In this document: positions 17,557 through 24,947 of the stretch, piece after piece
How the letters are laid out: every line of letters begins with the position of its first letter
Numbering within the stretch: the first letter of the stretch is position 1
Assembly (NCBI GenBank): GCA_049671305.1
Contig: JBATUR010000045.1
Location: 27,526 to 59,525 of the forward strand
Reading direction: 5' to 3'
From: Coleofasciculaceae cyanobacterium
GTDB taxonomy: Bacteria > Cyanobacteriota > Cyanobacteriia > Cyanobacteriales > Coleofasciculaceae
Length of the DNA: 32,000 bases
Translations under genes and position numbers: made by a program
Notes under the pieces: model-generated
What the model saw: only the letters and a program-made list of their open reading frames with translations
Databases searched by the model: none
Told to the model about the DNA's origin: nothing

Positions 17557-17846
17557 CTTAAGCCGAAAACCGCCGGGGGTTTAAACCCCCGTCTAATAGC
17601 TAAAGTCCATTGAAATGGACTGAAGAAATAAGAACTCATTAGTCCTCTAAAGAGGACTTGGGCTTTGAGGCAGGGGTTTCAACCCCTGTCGGAATATGGG
17701 TTTCACCTTAAGCCGTTCTCCTTAAGTCCCCGTCTAATAGCTAAAGTCCTCTAAAAAGGACTGAAAAACCACCTTAGTCCTCTAAAGAGGACTTGGGCTT
17801 TGAGGCAGGGGTTTCAACCCCTGTCGGAATATGGGTTTCACTTAAG
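17557..17846. repeat. Two tandem copies (about 150 and 135 bp) of a nested-hairpin, MITE-like small dispersed repeat, each bounded by CTTAAG
   Basis: A 68-nt block, TTAGTCCTCTAAAGAGGACTTGGGCTTTGAGGCAGGGGTTTCAACCCCTGTCGGAATATGGGTTTCAC, is identical at 17639-17706 and 17774-17841. Both units also share CCCGTCTAATAGCTAAAGTCC. Internal hairpins include AGTCCTCTAAAGAGGACT, GGGGTTTCAACCCC and GGGGGTTTAAACCCCC. Confidence 0.85.
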
Positions 17847-18050
17847 TTGACACTACTTTGCAGAGATGCCGACTTTTAATTAGATTTATTTTTATTAAAT
17901 TATTTACCATAAATACTTGCTTTTGTCAAGGAAGTGTGTAATAATAGCATTGTTGCAACGGCAACAGAGACAGAAGCCAGCCCCCGTACCGTCCAAAGTC
18001 GAAAGGCTGGCTCTGGCTCCCATAAACGAGTCAAAGGAGACAAATTTATT

Positions 18051-18233
18051 ATGACTTACAAAGATAGTCTTAAGCCTTGGGCAGTGGTGCGCTTGGGCAA
18101 AAAGTTGCAATGGGTGACTGTCGCCCGTTACAAATCTCGTGCTGATGCTGAAGGGCATCAGTTGTTATTAAAACAGCGTGTGCCTGATATTGAGTTTAAA
18201 GTTGTTTTCGACTTGCCTGATCGTAAGGAATAG
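18051..18233 (+). CDS. Small conserved hypothetical protein (60 aa)
   Basis: The track ORF 17934-18233 is probably over-extended. An internal ATG at 18051 is preceded by AAGGAG at the right spacing. Product: MTYKDSLKPWAVVRLGKKLQWVTVARYKSRADAEGHQLLLKQRVPDIEFKVVFDLPDRKE. Confidence 0.6.
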   Translation: MTYKDSLKPWAVVRLGKKLQWVTVARYKSRADAEGHQLLLKQRVPDIEFKVVFDLPDRKE

Positions 18234-18262
18234 AAAGGACTTAGGCAGAGATGCCATATATG

Positions 18263-18290
18263 GTAGGGGCGCATGGCTGTGCGCCCCTAC
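18263..18290 (+). terminator. 11-bp GC-rich hairpin (GTAGGGGCGCA-TGGCTG-TGCGCCCCTAC) followed by GGGTTTT. It is a dispersed-repeat-type stem-loop and a possible terminator of the 60-aa gene.
   Basis: Arms read at 18263-18273 and 18280-18290. The downstream T-tract is weak. Confidence 0.4.
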
Positions 18291-18372
18291 GGGTTTTCCG
18301 GAATGAGGCGTATTGAGTCGTTATATTGGTGACATATCCTCATATAAACCCGCCGCGCCCCAGGATGACATT

Positions 18373-18792
18373 ATGGAACCGATTTCTTTGACCGCAGGAG
18401 CGATCGCTACTTTAGCCTTTACAAAAGCCGTGGAAAAAGCAGGCGAAAAATTTACCGAAGCAGCACTCAAAAAGATGGATATCTTGCGTAAAAAGATTTG
18501 GGACAAATTGCGGGGCAATGTTAAAGCTGAAACTGCCCTTACTGCTGCGGAAAAAGGCTCAAAATCCGATTTAGATAAAGTTGCTGATTATTTGAAAATC
18601 GTGATGAATGAAGAACCGGAATTTGCCAAAGAGGTTCAGGCGCTTGCTCATGAAATTCGGATTGGCAAAATCCAAGATAACAGCAGCATGACTCAGAATA
18701 ACCACGATAACAGCACAGGCTACCAAACAAAGATTGAGCAAGGTAAAAACTATCTTGGCGGGACTCACAACTATTACGGTAAAGGTGACTGA
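18373..18792 (+). CDS. N-terminal helical module (139 aa from ATG 18373) with a Q/N/G-rich tail, ending at an in-frame TGA. It is probably the detached N-terminal effector/adaptor domain of the downstream NB-ARC-TPR protein.
   Basis: The track ORF starts at TTG 18313. The ATG at 18373 (MEPISLTAGAIATLAFTKAVEKAGEKF...) has AGGA upstream. The stop TGA at 18790-18792 is in the same frame as ORF 18907-20673. Confidence 0.55.
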   Translation: MEPISLTAGAIATLAFTKAVEKAGEKFTEAALKKMDILRKKIWDKLRGNVKAETALTAAEKGSKSDLDKVADYLKIVMNEEPEFAKEVQALAHEIRIGKIQDNSSMTQNNHDNSTGYQTKIEQGKNYLGGTHNYYGKGD

Positions 18793-18906
18793 CTGCCGCC
18801 GCTGGTAGCGGAACCGGTACTGTTAACTCCGCCACAAAATCTTCCCCCTAGCGGCATTTCCCAATTTGTCGGACGAGAAGACGTACTCAAAACTATACAT
18901 CAGCAA

Positions 18907-20673
18907 TTGCAGCAAACACAGACAGTTGCAATTTCTGCCATTGCTGGCATGGGTGGCGTCGGTAAAACCGAACTGGCGCTGCAATACGCCTTGCAATCAT
19001 CACGTGATAAACAATACCCAGGCGGTATTTGCTGGCTAAATGCCCGAAGTTTGAATGTGGGAATTCAAATTGTCAATTTTGCCAGAAAATATTTAAAGTT
19101 GCAGCCTCCCGAAGGTTGGGAATTACTAGATCAGGTAAAGCATTGCTGGCACAATTGGCTGCCGGGAGATGTGCTGATAGTGCTGGATGATCTGACCAAA
19201 TATGAGGATGTGAAGCCTTATTTACCACCAATAGATCTCCGTTTTAAGGTATTGATGACGACGCGGCTACAGTTGGGTGCACCAATTAAACGCTTAGATT
19301 TGGAGGTGCTGACTCCAGAAGCGGCACTGGCTATGTTGAGGTCGTATATTGGGAAAAAACGGGTAGATAGCCAGTTAGATGTTGCTAAAAAACTCTGCAA
19401 ATGGTTGGGTTATTTGCCCTTGGGTTTGGAGTTGGTGGGGCGATATTTGGCTGATGAAGAGGATTTATCCATAGTAGAAATTCAACAACTTTTGGCGCTG
19501 AAATGTGAAGCCTTGGATGAGACTCATCCTGAAATGACAGCAAAGCTAGGTGTTGTGGCTGCCTTTGAGTTGAGTTGGCAGGAATTGGACGAAAATGCCC
19601 AAGTTTTAGGTTATCTGCTTTCTTTGTTTGCCTCTGCGCCCATTCCCTGGTCGTTGGTGGAAAGTGCCACAGACTTTTGGCAAGAATACCAAACCCACCA
19701 GGGAATAAATTCCCTGGCTGATAGCGAAAGTCCGTTAAAACGGACTGAAGACACTGATGCTAGTCGGTTTAAACCGACTTCCGCTATTAGCCCGGAACTT
19801 AAGTTCCGGGCGGGGAAAGCGACTATCCCCGATTTAAAGAAAGCCCGACGCGCTTTGCTAAAGTTCAACCTAATTAAGCGCACCAAGAAAGACACCTACG
19901 AGTTACACCAACTAATTCGAGAATTCTTTTTGGATAAACGGGAAGAGTCCGCCGAGGCAGAGGAACTGAAACTGGCATTTTGTCGGGCAATGGTAGCTGA
20001 GGCAAAGACAATTCCTGCGACACCGACGCTTAAAGATATTGCAGCAGTGAGATTGGCTATTCCTCACATTGGCGAAGCTGCCACTACTCAGAAAGCTTGG
20101 TTGGATGATGAGGATTTAATCAGACCCTTTGTTGGTTTGGGGCGATTCTACGAAGGACAAGGAGACTACAAGCAAGCCGAACCCTGGCGTGAGCAATGCT
20201 TGTCATTAACTAAAGCACGCTTGGGAGAAAACCATCCTGACGTGGCAACCAGTATCAACAATTTGGCAGAACTCTACTATTATCAAGGACGCTACACAGA
20301 AGCAGAACCTTTGTATCTGCAAGCTTTGGAGTGGAGGCAACGGAATCTGGGAGAAAACCATTCTGATGTAGCAGAAAGTCTCAACAATTTGGCAGCACTC
20401 TACTATTCTCAAAGACGCTACACGGAAGCAGAACCATTGTTTCTGCAAGCATTAGAGTTGAGGCAACGTCTGCTGGGAGAAAACCATCCCGATGTAGCAC
20501 TCAGTCTCAACAATTTGGCATATCTCTACTCTTCTCAAGGACGCTACAGTGAAGCTGAACCATTGTTAGAGCAAGCTTTAGAGTTGAGTGAGCGAGTGTT
20601 GGGGCTTAATCATCCTAATACTGTTAGCTACCGTAAGAATCTGCAAAGACTGCGTGCTCAGCAGGTTGATTGA
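18907..20673 (+). CDS. NB-ARC (AP-ATPase-type) STAND NTPase with C-terminal TPR repeats. The 5' boundary is unreliable because homology-like sequence continues upstream to 18793.
   Basis: P-loop AIAGMGGVGKTELALQYA and Walker B VLIVLDDL are present. There are four or more kinesin-light-chain-type TPRs (NNLAELYYYQGRYTEAEPLYLQALE...). The track start is a TTG. The canonical pre-P-loop motif NLPPSGISQFVGREDVL is encoded upstream of it at 18838-18888 in the same frame. Confidence 0.85.
   Translation: MQQTQTVAISAIAGMGGVGKTELALQYALQSSRDKQYPGGICWLNARSLNVGIQIVNFARKYLKLQPPEGWELLDQVKHCWHNWLPGDVLIVLDDLTKYEDVKPYLPPIDLRFKVLMTTRLQLGAPIKRLDLEVLTPEAALAMLRSYIGKKRVDSQLDVAKKLCKWLGYLPLGLELVGRYLADEEDLSIVEIQQLLALKCEALDETHPEMTAKLGVVAAFELSWQELDENAQVLGYLLSLFASAPIPWSLVESATDFWQEYQTHQGINSLADSESPLKRTEDTDASRFKPTSAISPELKFRAGKATIPDLKKARRALLKFNLIKRTKKDTYELHQLIREFFLDKREESAEAEELKLAFCRAMVAEAKTIPATPTLKDIAAVRLAIPHIGEAATTQKAWLDDEDLIRPFVGLGRFYEGQGDYKQAEPWREQCLSLTKARLGENHPDVATSINNLAELYYYQGRYTEAEPLYLQALEWRQRNLGENHSDVAESLNNLAALYYSQRRYTEAEPLFLQALELRQRLLGENHPDVALSLNNLAYLYSSQGRYSEAEPLLEQALELSERVLGLNHPNTVSYRKNLQRLRAQQVD
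19698..19832. repeat. Nested-hairpin small dispersed repeat inserted in frame inside the NB-ARC-TPR coding sequence
   Basis: Five consecutive perfect hairpins were read: CCAGGGAATAAATTCCCTGG, AGTCCGTTAAAACGGACT, AGTCGGTTTAAACCGACT, CCGGAACTTAAGTTCCGG and CGGGGA..TCCCCG. The connector CCGCTATTAGC is the reverse complement of the core of the connector GTCTAATAGCTAAAG in the 17.6-kb repeat. The segment encodes the low-complexity stretch QGINSLADSESPLKRTEDTDASRFKPTSAISPELKFRAGKATIP. Confidence 0.75.
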
Positions 20674-20741
20674 TGACGAGAGAGGAAAGGCGATAATTAA
20701 AATTGAGCAATCAAAATTAAATTTTTTTGGAGACTCCAAGC

Positions 20742-20972
20742 ATGAGTGAAACTGCCCAAAAACTTAAACTCGAACTTTCTCAGCTTTCTGCAAAAGAACG
20801 TGCTGAAATTGCCTATTTTTTAATTCATTCTCTAGATGAGGGTATAGATGATAATCTAGAAGCTGCTTGGGATATGGAACTAAGCCAACGTTTGGAAGAT
20901 ATTAATTGCAAAACGGCTATTGGAGAACCAATGTCTCAAGTTTTTTCTGAGTTACGAGAAAAGTATTCGTGA
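20742..20972 (+). CDS. Type II antitoxin ('putative addiction module component' family that partners ParE/RelE toxins)
   Basis: The ATG at 20742 is preceded by GGAG. MSETAQKLKLELSQLSAKERAEIAYFLIHSLDEG...EAAWDMELSQRLEDI is the typical pattern. The stop overlaps the toxin start (GTGA). Confidence 0.75.
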   Translation: MSETAQKLKLELSQLSAKERAEIAYFLIHSLDEGIDDNLEAAWDMELSQRLEDINCKTAIGEPMSQVFSELREKYS

Positions 20973-21274
20973 AGTTTATTGTTATCCACACTGAAGCCCG
21001 AAAGGAGCTTGATGGTGCGATTTCTTATTATGAATCTCAAAAAGTAGGCTTGGGACTAGACTTATTGTCGGAAGTGGAAAAAGTTCTGCTGAAAATTCAG
21101 CAAAACCCTAATTTAGGAACCCCACACAAGATTGAAGGCATACGTCGTTATGCTATTCAACGCTTTCCCTATCTAATTTTTTATACGGAACTCGAAGAGG
21201 TGATTTGGATTATTGCGATCGCTCATAGTAAGCGTAAACCAAATTATTGGAAACAAAGAAATCTGGAAATTTAA
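20969..21274 (+). CDS. ParE/RelE-family type II toxin
   Basis: 101 aa. GTG start overlapping the antitoxin stop. Family-typical pattern: ...ARKELDGAISYYE...LGLDLLSEVEKVLLKIQQNP.LG......GIRRY.IQRFPYLIFY......IWIIAIAHSKRKPNYW. Confidence 0.8.
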   Translation: MKFIVIHTEARKELDGAISYYESQKVGLGLDLLSEVEKVLLKIQQNPNLGTPHKIEGIRRYAIQRFPYLIFYTELEEVIWIIAIAHSKRKPNYWKQRNLEI

Positions 21275-21281
21275 GATTTTA

Positions 21282-21578
21282 ATGCTTACCATAGACGTAC
21301 AATCAATTTTAAATTCAATTCCCCATCAAGTAAACTGGCAAGACATAATACAGTTTGAGCAACTTGATCAACGTGTCACCATCGCCAATGACCTTTGTGC
21401 CAATATTATTGGTGTAAATGAATCCTCTATCGAATGGTGTCCAAATGAAGAGCCACCAAGTCAGCAGGAAACCTTAGTTTGGTGGTGGGTTGTACGTCCT
21501 GACTTGGGCGCAGCTATAGCCATTGAAGCACCTCAAGAACTTAAAGAAATTATTAGTCAGTATATTTTGCGAAACTAA
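21282..21578 (+). CDS. Hypothetical protein (98 aa from ATG 21282)
   Basis: The track ORF 21213-21578 overlaps the toxin gene. The internal ATG at 21282 lies 8 nt after the toxin stop. No family recognised. Confidence 0.45.
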   Translation: MLTIDVQSILNSIPHQVNWQDIIQFEQLDQRVTIANDLCANIIGVNESSIEWCPNEEPPSQQETLVWWWVVRPDLGAAIAIEAPQELKEIISQYILRN

Positions 21579-21608
21579 GGTTTTGACTAGCGATATTGTC
21601 AGCACTTC

Positions 21609-21641
21609 AGATCCCCGACTTCTTGAAGAAGTCGGGGATCT
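21609..21641. terminator. Near-perfect 33-nt palindrome AGATCCCCGACTTCTTGAAGAAGTCGGGGATCT. It is a dispersed-repeat copy placed as a bidirectional stem-loop terminator between convergent genes.
   Basis: Read directly. It lies between the + gene ending at 21578 and the - gene ending at 21657. The arms are the same as at 1678-1740. Confidence 0.6.
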
Positions 21642-21656
21642 CCCCTTTAAATATAC

Positions 21657-22730
21657 TTAAAGCAAATCTTTAAACTTCGGGTCACCGTCAAGCATCTTCA
21701 CAACTTGCTTAATATCCTGAGTGCGGTCTTTTTTGACAATCAAAGTTACATTGCGATCGCGTACTACCACCACATCTTCTAACCCAATCGTCACAATCAC
21801 CTCATCCTCACCACTAGCATACAAAATTGCACCCTTGGTATCTAGCCCCAGATGAGTTGCTAATTCCACATTATCGGCATCTTTTTTCAGCAAACGTTCG
21901 ATCGCATTCCAATCTCCCAAATCATCCCAACCAAATGATGCAGGTAAAACATAAGCCAGTTTTGTCTTCTCCATCAAGGCATAATCAATACTCTTTTTCT
22001 GTAGTGTTGAATACGCCGCTACGCCTTTTTCTTCTATAGGCTTGATAATTTCTGGGGCATAATTACGCAACTCATTTAAAACCACCCCAGCCTGAAAAAT
22101 AAAGATGCCACTATTCCAACAAAAGCGCCCTGTTTCAATAAATTTTTGTGCAGTTTCACGGTCAGGTTTTTCGGTAAACCGCGTCACTTGATAAACTGGC
22201 AATTCCCCAAAAGTCCCGGTTTGTTCACCTTGTTCAATATAACCATAACCCGTAGACGGAAAACTTGGAGTAATGCCCAGCGTCACAATTGAAGGTGTTG
22301 CTGCTGCCATTTGTGCCGCCGCCTCAATAGTAGCCTGAAACGCAGCCAAATCATCAATCCAAGGATCAGCCGGAAAAAAGCCCACAATGGCATCTTCCCC
22401 ATAAACCTTAGCAATTTCCAGCGTTGCCCAAGCCAATGCTGGTGCCGTATCCCGTCCTTCCGGTTCCAAAAGTAAATTAGATTCTGGTAAATTAGGTAAT
22501 TGTTTGCGAACTCCCTCAGCCAGCAACTCAGAAGTCACAACCCAAACCTTTTCCAGATTACCAGCGGGGTTACTCAGTCGGTCAGCCGTTGCTTGCAAGA
22601 GACTCTTACCACTACCATCTAAGCTTAAAAACTGTTTTGGGTGCTGCTTGCGGCTTAGGGGCCAGAAACGTTCACCTTTACCACCAGCAAGAATCACAGG
22701 AATCAATGACTTATCCATTGCAACGGACAT
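21657..22730 (-). CDS. Mannose-1-phosphate guanylyltransferase (GDP-mannose pyrophosphorylase, short form without a PMI domain)
   Basis: 357 aa. Nucleotidyltransferase signature IPVILAGGKGERFWPLSRKQHPKQFL. The overall layout is typical of ManC/CpsB N-terminal domains. Confidence 0.85.
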   Translation of the reverse strand: MSVAMDKSLIPVILAGGKGERFWPLSRKQHPKQFLSLDGSGKSLLQATADRLSNPAGNLEKVWVVTSELLAEGVRKQLPNLPESNLLLEPEGRDTAPALAWATLEIAKVYGEDAIVGFFPADPWIDDLAAFQATIEAAAQMAAATPSIVTLGITPSFPSTGYGYIEQGEQTGTFGELPVYQVTRFTEKPDRETAQKFIETGRFCWNSGIFIFQAGVVLNELRNYAPEIIKPIEEKGVAAYSTLQKKSIDYALMEKTKLAYVLPASFGWDDLGDWNAIERLLKKDADNVELATHLGLDTKGAILYASGEDEVIVTIGLEDVVVVRDRNVTLIVKKDRTQDIKQVVKMLDGDPKFKDLL

Positions 22731-22905
22731 CCAGATATTTTCTGCTATATCCTAACTTTAACCTTTAGCAGAATAAGTTTTTTTTGACAACAAATTAATT
22801 GATTTAAATTCTAGTTAATTATAAACAGCAAAAATTTAGTTAGTGGCGTTATAATCCTGCTTGAGATTTCAAAAAATTTAACTATATGCGATCGCCTATA
22901 GTTAT

Positions 22906-24318
22906 GTGAGTGAGGTGGTGGTGAAAAAAGATTTCGTGCAGTCCAAAACGGGCTTAGGACATAAAGCTTCAAAAAAATCCAACGGTTCCCAAGCAAATAT
23001 TGACGAACCTCCTAGCTTACCGCCTCATAATAGGAGTAAATCACCAAAACGCCACTATATGCGCTGGTTCTTCTGGAGTGCAGCTTTTGTCCTAACCGCT
23101 ACGATTTCTGCCTCCCTAGGTGCAACTCTTGCCCTCCTGACGCCTTTATCGCCGTTTCTTGCCCCCATACAAGGATTAGGTGCCAAAAATAATTTGTGGA
23201 GTCGTGGTTTTCAATACAAAATCGCTCGACCAATTAACATTTTAGTTATGGGCATCGACCGAGTACCAAATGCCCCCAAAAATTCACGGGAAGTCTTTGC
23301 CGGTCGCAGTGATACAATGTTGCTCTTGCGGCTAGATCCTAGAGATAATACGGTAAAAATGCTCTCAATTCCACGGGATACACAAGTCGAGGTTCCCGGC
23401 GTTGGTGTCGATAAAATCAATGATGCTAATGTAGAAGGTGGTCCTGCAATGGCAGCACGGGTAGTTAGTCGTACTCTAAATGATGTGCCAATTGATCGCT
23501 ATGTGCGAGTTACAACTGAGGCTTTTCGGGAATTGGTAGATATTGTCGGCGGCATTGATGTCTATGTACCCTACCCAATGCAATATGTTGATAATACTCA
23601 AAATCTGAACATTGATTTAGCACAAGGTTGGCAAACCTTAAACGGTGATCAAGCTGAACAATTTGCCCGCTTCCGAAAAGATCAATTTGGTGATATCGGT
23701 CGTGTACAGCGCCAGCAGACGCTACTCAAGGCACTACGACAACGTATCTCTAACCCAACTGTTTTGCCGCGTTTAGCCCAAGCCGTGCGGGTGATGCAAC
23801 AATATATTGATACCAATCTTAGTTTAGAAGAAATGTTAGCGCTGGTGGGATTTGGTCTTAAAATAGAACCAGAAAACTTTAAAATGGTCTTGTTGCCTGG
23901 TCGTTTTAGCACTCCTAATGAATCGGTGGCTAGCTACTGGATCATGGACTCTGCAGGCAAAGACCGTATAATCCGAGAGTATTTTCAACTAAACTCAACC
24001 CTCACTTCATTAGAAGTAGAGAATGATTCAGCTACTCAGGTACGCATTGCTATTCAAAATTCTACGCAAAATCCTGAACTTGCTTATCGTATGGTTGAAT
24101 ATTTAGCAGAAAAAAACTTTCATAATGTTTATGTTATCTCCGACTGGCCCGATCGCCTACGTCAAACTCAAATTATTGATCAGCAAGGTGACCAAAAAGC
24201 GGCGGGTATTCTCAAAAAAATATTGGGAGTCGGTAAAGTAGAAGCATCTTCTACTGGTGATCTTGATTCTGATGTAACAATTAGACTAGGTGAAGATTGG
24301 CTCAATAAACAATTTTAA
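22906..24318 (+). CDS. LytR-CpsA-Psr (LCP) family cell-envelope protein
   Basis: 470 aa with an N-terminal TM segment. LCP core: ILVMGIDR...GRSDTMLLLRLDPRDNTVKMLSIPRDT...DKINDA...GG. The GTG start at 22906 is uncertain. A perfect TATAAT lies at 22850-22855. Confidence 0.8.
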   Translation: MSEVVVKKDFVQSKTGLGHKASKKSNGSQANIDEPPSLPPHNRSKSPKRHYMRWFFWSAAFVLTATISASLGATLALLTPLSPFLAPIQGLGAKNNLWSRGFQYKIARPINILVMGIDRVPNAPKNSREVFAGRSDTMLLLRLDPRDNTVKMLSIPRDTQVEVPGVGVDKINDANVEGGPAMAARVVSRTLNDVPIDRYVRVTTEAFRELVDIVGGIDVYVPYPMQYVDNTQNLNIDLAQGWQTLNGDQAEQFARFRKDQFGDIGRVQRQQTLLKALRQRISNPTVLPRLAQAVRVMQQYIDTNLSLEEMLALVGFGLKIEPENFKMVLLPGRFSTPNESVASYWIMDSAGKDRIIREYFQLNSTLTSLEVENDSATQVRIAIQNSTQNPELAYRMVEYLAEKNFHNVYVISDWPDRLRQTQIIDQQGDQKAAGILKKILGVGKVEASSTGDLDSDVTIRLGEDWLNKQF

Positions 24319-24947
24319 TGATGAATTCTTTTGTTAAAAAGCCAGCGAAAGTTCCCAACTTCTGGAGTGACACCTTGAAAATAATGCAAGAAACCTCAAA
24401 AAGCAGCCAGCTATTTGTCACAAATCAAAGCACAATTTGGCAATGGCATAATTTTCGTCCGTTGCTAAGAGTAGTTTTGGCGATTATTTTGGCTTGCTTG
24501 TGGATTATCTTAACAGCTCGTCCTGTTTATGCTCAAGATAGTGCAATTAATTACACAAATACCGATTTAACCAATCGTGATTTTTCCCACAGCAATTTAG
24601 TCGGTGGCACTTTTGTCTCGGCAGAAATGCGGGGTACAAATTTCCAAGGCTCTGACCTAACTAGCGCTATCCTAACTAAAAGTACAATGTTGGGCGCAAA
24701 TCTGGCTGATGCCAACTTGACGGCGGCGCTGATAGACCGTGTAACCTTGGATAAAGCTAATCTGACTAATGCCAATTTGACTGATGCCATCTTGACAAGC
24801 AGCCGCTTTTATGAAGCTGACATCACGGGGGCTGATTTTAGCAATGCCATTATTGATCGCTATCAGGTTTCACTTTTGTGTAAACGTGCCAGTGGCGTTA
24901 ATTCAACCACGGGCGTCGAGACGCGAGAAAGTTTAGGCTGCCGCTAA
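24318..24947 (+). CDS. Pentapeptide-repeat protein with an N-terminal TM/signal segment (lumenal/periplasmic type)
   Basis: The ATG overlaps the upstream TAA (TAATG). Runs of A(D/N)LxX pentapeptides are present (ANLADANLTAALIDRVTLDKANLTNANLTDAILTSS). Confidence 0.85.
   Translation: MMNSFVKKPAKVPNFWSDTLKIMQETSKSSQLFVTNQSTIWQWHNFRPLLRVVLAIILACLWIILTARPVYAQDSAINYTNTDLTNRDFSHSNLVGGTFVSAEMRGTNFQGSDLTSAILTKSTMLGANLADANLTAALIDRVTLDKANLTNANLTDAILTSSRFYEADITGADFSNAIIDRYQVSLLCKRASGVNSTTGVETRESLGCR

Noticed and set aside
17557-17846. Possible CRISPR array, because of the repeated palindromic sequence
   Set aside because: There are only two long units (about 135-150 bp) placed directly head to tail. 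There are no unique spacers of regular length and no cas genes nearby. The structure fits a MITE-like dispersed repeat, not a CRISPR.
17974-18014. 8-bp inverted repeat AGCCAGCC...GGCTGGCT in the leader of the 60-aa gene, considered as a riboswitch or attenuator
   Set aside because: It is a single stem with a loop of about 25 nt. I do not recognise any conserved riboswitch core and there is no terminator/antiterminator alternative. I noted it only as a possible leader structure.
17904-18158. ORF 17904-18158 (-) and the N-terminal 39 codons of ORF 17934-18233 (+)
   Set aside because: They overlap each other in a promoter/leader-like AT-rich region. The + ORF has a much better internal start (AAGGAG-N-ATG at 18051). 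The upstream extension (MCNNSIVATATETEASPRT...) looks like translated non-coding sequence.
18790-18830. TGA at 18790 as a selenocysteine codon. A small hairpin CCGCT-GGT-AGCGG lies 7 nt downstream.
   Set aside because: The hairpin is only 5 bp with a 3-nt loop, far smaller than a bacterial SECIS element. The position falls in a non-catalytic linker where Sec would have no obvious role. As far as I know, Sec machinery is generally absent from this group. Read-through or a pseudogene are more parsimonious explanations.
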